Counted from the first letter of the stretch, positions 22,580 through 30,459 are shown. The stretch is DNA of 32,000 nt from Candidatus Electronema aureum (GCA_004284765.1 NQJD01000001.1:60001-92000); one strand, 5' to 3'. The notes: a model not told the origin generated them from the sequence alone. Numbers and translations are program-made.

Positions 22580-25186
22580 TCAGCCGACCAGCCCGTTGAT
22601 CAGGGACTTGGTCATATTGACCGCCTTGGGATGACGCATGATCAGCACTTCGCCGCCAGCCATCAACATGCAGGAGGCTGTGACCGCCTCCATCATGATG
22701 CCGCGCCGCTCCTGATCGCCCATCATCGCATCGCTGGGCAGGCCAGCCTCCTTGGTCTTCCAGACTTCGCGGCCCAAGTTGCAGATGAGCGGCACTTGCA
22801 GCTTCTCGTCTTTCTGGGTGAGAGCGGCGAGGCGGATGCGCTCCATGACCGAGTAGGTGTACTCAATGCCGTAGCCGAGCGCGCCGACCGAGGGATCCAT
22901 CAGCACGGTGTCGAGACCCACGCCAAGGTTCTCCAGTAGGATGTTGAGCTGCTTGGCAAGGTTCACGTCAATCGGCGAAGCGGCCACCACTGGGTAGCGG
23001 AAGGCCATTGCGGTCGCGCCGATGGAGCGGTAGTTGCTGTCCTCCAGCGGGGCCAGGCAGACCTTCTTATCGCCGATCATCGAGGTGACTTCGCGCAGAG
23101 TCTCGGTGTCCTTGTCGGCATTGCCGCAGCCCCAGACGATCACTGGCACGTCAATGGCCTGAATCACCTTGGCCGCATCTTGCGCCGCATCCTTGGCCGG
23201 ACGGTTCGCGCCGTTGGGATCCGTGCCAGCCAGCCAGATGTTGATCGCGTCAGCCTTATAAACATCCACGCACTTGCGCGCCCAAGCCACCGGGTCGCTC
23301 ATCACGTCCTCGAAATGCCTGCTCAGGGTCTGCGGCCAGTTGTCGGGACGGATGTCCATCACTTCCATCGCGATCAACGGCTTGTTCTTCATCGCCCCTT
23401 CAAAGAGATGGAAAGGCAAGGAGGTCGAGCCGCCCACGGTCACGGTCTTGCCGCCGTTGCCGAGGGTCACTTCGCGAATTGTGCCGGAGTAGTTGACCTT
23501 GTACGACGAGGCAGGCACCTTGGCTGCGCGTTCCGCAAAGGGGGCTTCGCCGGTTGCTAATGCCGGAGCCGCAAAGTCAGCCGAAGCAGCAGCCGGGGCA
23601 GGCTTAACTGCTGCCGCAACTTTCGCAGCTGCTTCTGCGGCGGCTTTTGCCTTGGCCTCTGCTTCCGCCTTCAACTTGGCTTCCGCATCTGCCTTCGCCT
23701 TTGTCTCGGCTTCAGCCTTCGCTTTGGCCGCAGCCTCTTCCTTGGCTTCTGTCTCTGCCGCTGCTTTTGCGGCTGCATCCGCCTCAGCCTTCAATTTGGC
23801 CTCTGCTGCTGCCTTGGTTGCCGAGTCATCCACAACCGGAGCTGCCGGAGCGACCGGCGCAGCCGCAACTGGCTTCTTGGCGCAGCATTCCGGCTCGCGT
23901 TTGAGGACAGCCTCAGCCCTGGCAAAGTTCATCAGGGCCTCGAACTGATCATCGCTCAGGCCGTAGGCCGCCTTCAATGCCTTCAGCCCCACGCTGACCG
24001 AATCCAAGGCCAGCAGGCGTTCCTTCTCATTCATCTCATGCTCTCCCGCATCATCTGCCGCAGGCGCGGCAGGGTTAATCTCTGCCCCAACCTGCGGACG
24101 GGCGGCGGCAATGGCCTCCGCTTCGGCACGGGCTGCGGCTATAATCTTCTCGGCTTCGGCCTTGGCCTGATTGAGCAGCTCATCAGCCGCCGCGCCGCGC
24201 ACCTCAATGGTCTCGGCAACAGGGGCCGCGCTCTCTTTGACAGGCTGAACAGCGGCGGCATCCTCAGCAAAGGTCGGACGGGGCAACAGACCGGCCTTCT
24301 CGCAGATTTCGCCGACCGCCTCCTCCCACTCAATCGCCATGACATGGACACCAGCCACGCCCGGAATCTCCTTGACCTGATTGATGATGTCAACGCAGAT
24401 GTTGATGCCTTCCTGCTTCTGGTTCTTTGCGCCCTTCATCCGCTCGATCACTGCGTCGGTCACATCCATGCCCGGCACGAACTTCTTCATGTAGTTCGCC
24501 ATGCCCAAGGACTTGGGCGGAGTCACACCGGCGAGGATGTAGGCCTTCTCGGTCAGGCCGAGGTCGCGGGCCTGCTTCATGAACTCCGCAAACTTCTCAA
24601 CGTTGTAGATGATCTGGGTCTGGATGAAGTCCGCACCATTGGCGATCTTCTTGCCCATGCGCACGGCCCGGAACTCGAACGGCCAGGCAAAGGGGTTGGC
24701 CGCCGCGCCGAGGAAGAGCTGCGGGGCCGTGCCCTTCAGCTCCTCGCCGCATTGAAACTTCTTCGCGTCGCGTAAGTCCCGCATCATGCCGAGCATCTGG
24801 ATCGAGTCCATGTCGAACACGCCCTTGGAGCCGGGATGATTGCCGAACTTCTGGTGGTCGCCCGTCAGGCAGAGGAGGTTCTTCAGGCCCAAGGCGGAGG
24901 CCGCCAAGATGTCGGACTGCATCGCGATCCGGTTGCGGTCGCGGCAGGTCATCTGGATGACCGGCTCCACGCCCTCAGCTTGGGCCAGCAGGCCCGCGCC
25001 GATAGACGACATGCGCACAATGGCGGTCTGGCAGTCGGTGATGTTGACCGCATCCACCTTGCCCTTGAGCAGCCTCGCCTTGGCGCGGACCACCTCCGGG
25101 TCACTGTTCTTCGGCGGCCCCAGCTCGCCCGTGACGGCGAACTGGCCGCTGCGGAGCACCCGCTCCAAATTGCTCCCTGATTTCAT
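22580..25186 (-). CDS. metF-acsD: Fusion: methylenetetrahydrofolate reductase (MetF), a ~255-aa Ala/Lys/Glu/Pro-rich linker, and the corrinoid Fe-S protein small subunit (AcsD/CdhD-like)
   Basis: 868 aa with SD AAGGAGGA. Residues 1-~303 (nt 25186..24278) are MTHFR-like: FAVTGELGPPK, VDAVNITDCQTA, IQMTCRDRNR, NLLCLTGDH, FLGAAANPF, ADFIQTQIIYN. Residues ~455-530 (nt 23824..23597) are an AEAKLKAEADAAAKAAAETEAKEEAAAKAKAEAETKAKADAEAKLKAEAEAKAKAAAE repeat. Residues ~561-868 are AcsD-like: VTVGGSTSLPFHLFEG, PLIAMEVMD, INIWLAGTDPNG, VPVIVWGCGN, MDPSVGALGYGIEYTYSVMERIRLAAL. Confidence 0.88.
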   Translation of the reverse strand: MKSGSNLERVLRSGQFAVTGELGPPKNSDPEVVRAKARLLKGKVDAVNITDCQTAIVRMSSIGAGLLAQAEGVEPVIQMTCRDRNRIAMQSDILAASALGLKNLLCLTGDHQKFGNHPGSKGVFDMDSIQMLGMMRDLRDAKKFQCGEELKGTAPQLFLGAAANPFAWPFEFRAVRMGKKIANGADFIQTQIIYNVEKFAEFMKQARDLGLTEKAYILAGVTPPKSLGMANYMKKFVPGMDVTDAVIERMKGAKNQKQEGINICVDIINQVKEIPGVAGVHVMAIEWEEAVGEICEKAGLLPRPTFAEDAAAVQPVKESAAPVAETIEVRGAAADELLNQAKAEAEKIIAAARAEAEAIAAARPQVGAEINPAAPAADDAGEHEMNEKERLLALDSVSVGLKALKAAYGLSDDQFEALMNFARAEAVLKREPECCAKKPVAAAPVAPAAPVVDDSATKAAAEAKLKAEADAAAKAAAETEAKEEAAAKAKAEAETKAKADAEAKLKAEAEAKAKAAAEAAAKVAAAVKPAPAAASADFAAPALATGEAPFAERAAKVPASSYKVNYSGTIREVTLGNGGKTVTVGGSTSLPFHLFEGAMKNKPLIAMEVMDIRPDNWPQTLSRHFEDVMSDPVAWARKCVDVYKADAINIWLAGTDPNGANRPAKDAAQDAAKVIQAIDVPVIVWGCGNADKDTETLREVTSMIGDKKVCLAPLEDSNYRSIGATAMAFRYPVVAASPIDVNLAKQLNILLENLGVGLDTVLMDPSVGALGYGIEYTYSVMERIRLAALTQKDEKLQVPLICNLGREVWKTKEAGLPSDAMMGDQERRGIMMEAVTASCMLMAGGEVLIMRHPKAVNMTKSLINGLVG

Positions 25187-25268
25187 AATCCTCCTTCTAT
25201 CTGATCCGCCGCTGCGGGCGGAAAATGTTTGGCAATTTCTTTATTGAACGCTGACGGTCGGGCTGGAC

Positions 25269-25322
25269 GGGCCGCTTTTCTGTAGGGGCGAAAAATTTTT
25301 CGCCCCTACAGAAAAGCGGCCC
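25269..25322. repeat. 54-bp perfect palindrome containing the GTAGGGGCGAAAAATTTTTCGCCCCTAC core
   Basis: GGGCCGCTTTTCTGTAGGGGCGAAAAA|TTTTTCGCCCCTACAGAAAAGCGGCCC, verified base by base. It lies in the cooS / metF-acsD spacer. Confidence 0.9.
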
Positions 25323-25483
25323 TGTGCTGTCATTCATCGGCCCGCCGCATCCGCAAAACGGCTGTTTGGATAGGTTCAACGGCTCTCAGGTGCCGTTCTA
25401 CATATCTGCGGGGCGGTTCATCCGCCCTTGGGAGCTGTTCAGCGGCCAGCCGGATACGTTCTGCGTATCATCAAGGCGGTTTT

Positions 25484-25511
25484 GTAGGGGCGAAAAATCT
25501 TTCGCCCCTAC
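25484..25511. repeat. 28-bp near-perfect palindrome of the same family
   Basis: GTAGGGGCGAAAAATCTTTCGCCCCTAC (one arm mismatch), 8 nt downstream of the cooS stop. Confidence 0.85.
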
Positions 25512-25518
25512 CTGCCCG

Positions 25519-27510
25519 TCAATGCTTCCCGCCGCCGCATCCTGCTCCGCCTATGCCCTTGCCCGCCTCAATCTCGCGGCGCATCGCCATATCCATCAGC
25601 ACGCGCTCTTTCTTCTTGTTGATGCCCAGAGCCTCGCGCTTCTCCTCAATGGCCGCAATCATCGCCTTGGCAATGTCCAACGGCTCGCTTGCCACGCCCC
25701 AGCAGGCCCCGTACTCCTCTTTCAGCCCCTTGAGGATGTACTCGGAGAACTTCTTGGCCCCGCTGATCGGCAGGTCTTGGAAGATGACATGCGCACCGCT
25801 GGCGACAAAGTATTGACCAATAGCCACCGCCTTCTCGCTCATCCAGACCGGCGCAGTGCCAACCGCAGGCAGCTCGGCGATATCGTTGCCAAGGCCGCCT
25901 TCACGCACCATCTCGGTCAGGGCAATCAGCAAGCGGGAGTTGTCCACGCAGGAGCCGACATGCAGCACCGGCGGCATACCCACTGTCTCGCAGACCTCGC
26001 GCAGACTGTCGCCGGCAAACTCGGTCGCCGCCTCTGGCCGCATCAGACCAACGCGGCCAAGAGCCTGCGCCGCGCAGCCAGTGGCCAGCACCAGCACGTT
26101 GTTCTTGATCAGCTCTTTGGCAATGATCTCATGGACGTTGTCGGCGTGCTTGTAGTGCTCGCAGCCGACAATCGCAGCCACGCCCCGGATGCGGCCATTG
26201 ATGATGTTGTCGTTCAGCGGGCGGTACGACTGCCGGAAACGGCCGCCGAGCATGTAATTAATGGTCTCGTGCGAGAAACCAACCACCACGTCGAACTTCT
26301 TGTCCTTGGGAATGTAGTGCGGCCCGCGCTTCTTGAAGTTGCCAATGGCGTGGGTGAGTATCTTCTTGGCCGAGGCGTAGGAGTCATGCTCGTCAAACTG
26401 GATGTGCACCGCGTCCGGCATCATCGCCCGGTAGTTGGTGGTGATGATGTCGGTGTGCTTGTCCTTCACCACTTGCGCGACCGACTGCATCACGCACTGG
26501 ACATCCACCACCATTGCCTCGACTGCGCCGGTCGCTAAAACCATCTCCTGCTGAATGAACGAGCCTGCCACCGGAATGCCCCGGCGCATCAGGATCTCGT
26601 TGCCTGTGCAGCAGACACCGGCAAGGTTGATGCCTTTCGCCCCGGCTTTCTTCGCCAGAGCCAGCATTTCCTCATCCTCGGCAGCGAGACAGAGCGATTC
26701 AGCTAAAAGCGGCTCATGCCCATGCACCGTGACGTTGACCATGTCCTCGCGCAGCACGCCCAAATCAATGGTGGCCCGCTTGGGCACCGGCGTGCCGAAC
26801 ATGATGTCGGTCAGCTCGGTGGAGAGCATGGACGCGCCCCAGCCGTCAGCCAGTGCGCAGCGGGAGGCTTGGCGCATGATGTTGTGGTATTCCTGATCCA
26901 CGCCCATGTGGGTACGGTGCATCATTTCGACCACCTCGCGGTCAACGCCGCGCGGCTCCACGCCCTTGGCCTTCCATATCTTCTGCTGCTTCTCCGGCGC
27001 GCGCTTGAGCATGGTCAGTATGCCGTCCTGCTGGCCGAACTCAGCCAAGGCACGCTCGCCCAGCTCAAGGGCGATCTCGTTCTTATCGCGGCCTTCCGTG
27101 GCAATGCCAAAGAGCTGGGCCATCTTGTGCAGCTTGGCCACGTCTTTGATCTCGTGCGGGGTCTGGCCCTTGGCTGTGGCGATAAAGCCGCGCACCATCT
27201 CGCGAGCATGGTCGGTGTGGGCCGAAGTGCCTGCGGCGACAATGCGGCCAAAGTTGCGGGCGGCCACGGTGTCGGCAGTGGCTCCGCAGATGCCGACCAT
27301 GGATTCCACGCCGTCAATGATCTGGCACGGCCCCATGTTGCAGTTCTTGCAGCAAGTGCCCTGCGAACCGAAGAGGCAGGCAGCCATGCCCCGCTCTTCA
27401 ATCCGGGTGTAGGCGGTGCGGACTTTCTTTGCTAAATCCTGATTGAGCAGCTCGCGGGTGGAGCTGGCGGTGATCTCGTTGCTGCTGGCGATGCGGCTGG
27501 GCTTGGCCAT
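25519..27510 (-). CDS. acsA: Anaerobic Ni-Fe carbon monoxide dehydrogenase catalytic subunit (CooS/AcsA)
   Basis: 663 aa with SD AGGAGA. N-terminal Cys cluster motifs CLFGSQGTCCKNCNMGPCQI...GICGATADT, plus SAHTDHAREM, HGHEP, GVCCTGNE, GCEHYKH, TGCAAQ and HVGSCVDNSR, which are typical C-cluster ligand contexts. Confidence 0.96.
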   Translation of the reverse strand: MAKPSRIASSNEITASSTRELLNQDLAKKVRTAYTRIEERGMAACLFGSQGTCCKNCNMGPCQIIDGVESMVGICGATADTVAARNFGRIVAAGTSAHTDHAREMVRGFIATAKGQTPHEIKDVAKLHKMAQLFGIATEGRDKNEIALELGERALAEFGQQDGILTMLKRAPEKQQKIWKAKGVEPRGVDREVVEMMHRTHMGVDQEYHNIMRQASRCALADGWGASMLSTELTDIMFGTPVPKRATIDLGVLREDMVNVTVHGHEPLLAESLCLAAEDEEMLALAKKAGAKGINLAGVCCTGNEILMRRGIPVAGSFIQQEMVLATGAVEAMVVDVQCVMQSVAQVVKDKHTDIITTNYRAMMPDAVHIQFDEHDSYASAKKILTHAIGNFKKRGPHYIPKDKKFDVVVGFSHETINYMLGGRFRQSYRPLNDNIINGRIRGVAAIVGCEHYKHADNVHEIIAKELIKNNVLVLATGCAAQALGRVGLMRPEAATEFAGDSLREVCETVGMPPVLHVGSCVDNSRLLIALTEMVREGGLGNDIAELPAVGTAPVWMSEKAVAIGQYFVASGAHVIFQDLPISGAKKFSEYILKGLKEEYGACWGVASEPLDIAKAMIAAIEEKREALGINKKKERVLMDMAMRREIEAGKGIGGAGCGGGKH

Positions 27511-27544
27511 AACTCACGGTCTCCTGAAAGAATTTTTCAAAGGG

Positions 27545-28432
27545 TTACGCCAGCCCGGCGAACTGCTTCGCCGACTGAACGGTGTTCTTCATCAGCATGG
27601 TGATGGTCATCGGCCCGACTCCGCCCGGCACTGGCGTGATGGCGGCGGCCTTCTCCTTCACCGAGTCAAACTCCACGTCGCCTGCGAGCTTGGCCTTGCC
27701 AGACTCGGTCATGCCGACGCGGTTGACCCCGACATCAATCACCACCACGCCTTCTTTGACCTGATCGGCCTTGATCATGTTGGCGACACCGGCAGCAACG
27801 ATCAAGATATCTGCCCGCTTGGTGTGGAAATCCATGTCCTTGGTGCGGGTGTGGCAGAGGGTGACAGTGGCGTTGCCGCCTGCCCGCTTTTGCAGCATCA
27901 GGTTGGCTACCGGCTTGCCGACAATGTTCGAGCGGCCCACAACCACGACCTCAGCCCCGTCGGTCTTCACGCCGCTGCGCTGGAGCAGCTCCAACACACC
28001 GTGCGGGGTGCAGGGCAGGAAGCATTTCTCGCCTAAGACCATGCGGCCCACGTTGACTGGGTGGAAGCCGTCCACGTCCTTGTCCGGGCTGATGGCGTTC
28101 AGCACCTTGGCTTCATTGATCTGCTTGGGCAAAGGCAGCTGCACGAGGATGCCGTGAATCTTCGGGTCGTTGTTGCACTTCTCCACCAAGGCTAAAAGCT
28201 CGGCCTCGCTGGTATCAGCAGGCAGCGTCACCTGCTCGGAGTGAATGCCCAGCTCCTTGGCGGTCTTGTTCTTCGCCGCCACATAGGACTGCGAAGCCGG
28301 GTCTTCGCCCACCAGAATTGTGACCAGACCCGGCACGACCTTATGCTTTGCTGCCAGCTCGGCAACTTCTGCCTTCAGCTCCGCCCGGATTTCCTTTGCG
28401 ACTTCGGTTCCGCTAATGATTTTTGCACTCAT
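27545..28432 (-). CDS. folD: Bifunctional 5,10-methylene-THF dehydrogenase / methenyl-THF cyclohydrolase
   Basis: 295 aa with PGLVTILVGEDPASQSYVAAKNKTAKELGI, HGILVQLPLP, DKDVDGFHP, CTPHGV, VVVGRSNIVGKP and PVPGGVGPMT. SD AAGGAG upstream. Confidence 0.97.
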   Translation of the reverse strand: MSAKIISGTEVAKEIRAELKAEVAELAAKHKVVPGLVTILVGEDPASQSYVAAKNKTAKELGIHSEQVTLPADTSEAELLALVEKCNNDPKIHGILVQLPLPKQINEAKVLNAISPDKDVDGFHPVNVGRMVLGEKCFLPCTPHGVLELLQRSGVKTDGAEVVVVGRSNIVGKPVANLMLQKRAGGNATVTLCHTRTKDMDFHTKRADILIVAAGVANMIKADQVKEGVVVIDVGVNRVGMTESGKAKLAGDVEFDSVKEKAAAITPVPGGVGPMTITMLMKNTVQSAKQFAGLA

Positions 28433-28587
28433 TACTACTCCTTAAAAAATATATAGTCTGGCAACCGATCAATCTACCGCAGAGCGATGGAAGGAAAACT
28501 ATCGGCTGAATAAAATCAATTTTCTAATTATTGAAGGCAAGGAGAATATATACTCCATTCTCTGTATTTTTTTCAACCTAAATCCGT

Positions 28588-28616
28588 TGCCCTGCTCGTG
28601 TTCAGCGGCATTTTTT
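28588..28616 (+). terminator. Candidate plus-strand intrinsic terminator with no annotated plus-strand gene upstream
   Basis: The stem TGCCCTG / CAG(C)GGCA is 7 bp with one bulge, has an 8-nt loop, and is followed by TTTTTT (28611..28616). Confidence 0.35.
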
Positions 28617-28682
28617 CCATTTTTGTTAACAGGGATAAAGCTGACTGAATCAAGGAGAAGGGAAGTAGCGGGGAAAGAAACG

Positions 28683-28714
28683 GCACCGACACGAGGTGCA
28701 AATCGAGTCGGTGC
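28683..28714 (-). terminator. Candidate terminator of the TPR gene
   Basis: GCACCGAC-N16-GTCGGTGC (8-bp stem) lies 15 nt after the stop at 28729. On the minus strand it is followed by CGTTTCTTTCCCC. Confidence 0.4.
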
Positions 28715-28728
28715 GAAGGCAAAAACGA

Positions 28729-29568
28729 TTACTCCGTCTGTTCAGCGATGAGGCGTTTTTTTACTTGATCGTATTCCGCCTCAAGAGGTTCTATATCTGG
28801 ATGTCCAGCCGGAAATTTTGCTTTGAGAATGGTCAGCGCGTTTTGATATGCTGATGCAGCTTCTGTCCAGCGGCCTCGCGTTTGATAGGATGTGGCTAAT
28901 TTGGCAAAATCCTTGGCAAGGTGAGGATGATCTTTACCCAGCGTTTTTTCGTCAATAGCCATATCACGCAGCTGCAAAGATTCTGCTTCCTTAGGCTGAC
29001 CTATCTGCCAATGTAGTCCAGCCAACTTACCCAGTTCGGCTCCCACCTCTGAATGCTCTTTGCCCAAGTTTTTTTCTTTGACCGCCATAGCGCGGGCATA
29101 CAGCGACTCTGCTTCCACATAACGCCGCTGGTTTTGATAGAGTCCGGCTAATTTGTCCATCGTAACGGCCAAATCGGGATGATTTTTAGGCAGTGCTTTT
29201 TCTTGAATACGCAGGACGCGCTCGTACAAGGATTCCGCTTCGGCCTGTTTTCCGTGCAAATGATGCAGTTCGGCCAAGCTGCTTAGGATTGCCGCACGTT
29301 CAGCAGCATATTTTTCCGCTGCTTTGTCATAAATCTCAACAGCTCGCCAGTACAGCGGTTCCGCTTCTGCATACCGTTCTTGCGCAACATAGCAGGCAGC
29401 CAGCTTGCTCAAGGCCGCTGCCAGCTCAGGATGCGCTTTGCCCAAGGTGTTCTCTTGAGTAGAAACCACCTGTTTCAGTTGTGCCACATCATCTCCCGCC
29501 GCTGATGCTCCGGCAGGGACAGCAGTCAGCAAGAAACAGCAGCACAGCAACTTGACTTTTCTTCGCAT
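28729..29568 (-). CDS. Secreted tetratricopeptide-repeat protein (kinesin-light-chain-type 42-aa TPRs)
   Basis: Signal peptide MRRKVKLLCCCFLLTAVPAGASAAG. About six repeats follow the form LGK.HP.VA..L.KLA.LY..Q.RY.EAE.LY.RA..I.EK. SD AGGAGG upstream. Confidence 0.85.
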   Translation of the reverse strand: MRRKVKLLCCCFLLTAVPAGASAAGDDVAQLKQVVSTQENTLGKAHPELAAALSKLAACYVAQERYAEAEPLYWRAVEIYDKAAEKYAAERAAILSSLAELHHLHGKQAEAESLYERVLRIQEKALPKNHPDLAVTMDKLAGLYQNQRRYVEAESLYARAMAVKEKNLGKEHSEVGAELGKLAGLHWQIGQPKEAESLQLRDMAIDEKTLGKDHPHLAKDFAKLATSYQTRGRWTEAASAYQNALTILKAKFPAGHPDIEPLEAEYDQVKKRLIAEQTE

Positions 29569-29664
29569 GTTTTCCTCCTTTTTTTGTCAAACTCCCCTCA
29601 TCCACTGCAATAATATCGTTTTTCTGCCAACCTCTGTACTCTTTTTTGCAAAAAAAACAATTCT

Positions 29665-29703
29665 GTTCATGCTCCGTTCATGGGTTGTTCATCTCACGTT
29701 CAT
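29665..29703 (+). promoter_or_regulatory. Four direct GTTCAT hexamers at an exact 11-bp phasing, upstream of an AT-rich -10-like element
   Basis: GTTCAT occurs at 29665, 29676, 29687 and 29698. TATTAT at 29715..29720 follows 11 bp after the last repeat. The downstream gene starts at 29814. Confidence 0.6.
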
Positions 29704-29813
29704 CTGCGGCTTGTTATTATAAAAGCATAAGAGGAGAAGAACGCGGTCTGAGGAGGCCGTTTTCCGAAGAACAGAATAGAGCGGGACCAACTACAACCCC
29801 CGTAGGGGAGAGA

Positions 29814-30203
29814 ATGATGAAAACGAACACCATGAAGTTAGCAGGCAGAACTCTTGTAACAATCGCAGCAGCAGGTTTATTCTTGCTTGCTGGTTCAGCA
29901 GCCTTTGCACAACAAAACACTGCGTCACCGATACTGAGCGACGCGATTCAGCACTGCGGCTGCGACAAGAAGGAAGGCATTGAGATGTACGTGCAGAATA
30001 TTATCAATGATGCTAAGAATCGCGGTATGAACTGTGAAACAGCAAAAATTCACGCCTTTGCCTGCATCACCTCGTATTGCTCCATCTGTAAAGAGCATCC
30101 CGGTATCATGGAGAGCTGCATAAAGATGGGTGCCGATTATTTTGCCGCCTCACCGGGTTTCTGCCAGTCTTCTGGACAATTAGCAGTCACACCGATGTTC
30201 TAA
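29814..30203 (+). CDS. Small secreted cysteine-rich protein, unknown function
   Basis: I placed the start at ATGATG 29814, with SD GGGGAG 4 nt upstream; the track's TTG start at 29646 is unlikely. The signal peptide is MMKTNTMKLAGRTLVTIAAAGLFLLAGSAAFA-QQ. The mature ~95 aa contain 8 Cys (HCGC, NCE, FAC, YCSIC, SC, FC). Confidence 0.65.
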   Translation: MMKTNTMKLAGRTLVTIAAAGLFLLAGSAAFAQQNTASPILSDAIQHCGCDKKEGIEMYVQNIINDAKNRGMNCETAKIHAFACITSYCSICKEHPGIMESCIKMGADYFAASPGFCQSSGQLAVTPMF

Positions 30204-30309
30204 GATAGGCGTAAACTGAAGGGCGGTCTTATCCTTGGTTCCGACAGACCGCCCGGAATATATCTCCGCCCGTTTTTTTGCGGTACGGAGCAAAGACAAG
30301 GAGCCGTAT

Positions 30310-30459
30310 ATGGAGATGCTCCACGAATGCTGTTCTGACTGGCTCTTCATTGGTACAGCATTGTTCGGCGTGTTTCTGATCGTAGCTATTGGTTTACTGG
30401 CGGCAGGAAAAAAGGAAGATGACACCAAGAAAAAGCAGAAGTTGACTCAAGACTTTTAA
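30310..30459 (+). CDS. Possible 49-aa single-pass membrane peptide
   Basis: MEMLHECCSDWLFIGTALFGVFLIVAIGLLAAGKKEDDTKKKQKLTQDF, with a strong SD AAGGAG 7 nt upstream of ATG 30310. It has one TM helix and a Lys-rich tail. Confidence 0.45.
   Translation: MEMLHECCSDWLFIGTALFGVFLIVAIGLLAAGKKEDDTKKKQKLTQDF

Noticed and set aside
23597-23824. Repetitive GC-rich DNA (GCNGAAGCNAAA-type periodicity) that could be mistaken for a tandem repeat or a CRISPR-like array
   Set aside because: It is in frame within a long ORF and encodes the AEAK-type low-complexity linker of MetF-AcsD. It has no repeat-spacer architecture.
24038-25247. Plus-strand ORFs of 245, 114 and 135 aa
   Set aside because: They are antisense to the MetF domain of the fusion gene and have shadow-ORF composition.
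25324-27435. Plus-strand ORFs of 404 aa and 239 aa, and smaller ORFs over the CODH gene
   Set aside because: They are shadows of cooS/acsA. The 5' part of the 404-aa ORF is just a translation of the palindromic repeats (CRGEK.FAPT appears because of the GTAGGGGCGAAA core).
30221-30254. The hairpin GGGCGGTCT-N16-AGACCGCCC after the Cys-rich protein gene as an intrinsic terminator
   Set aside because: It has no U-tract downstream (GGAATATATC) and a large loop. It may still fold in RNA, but I cannot support a terminator call.
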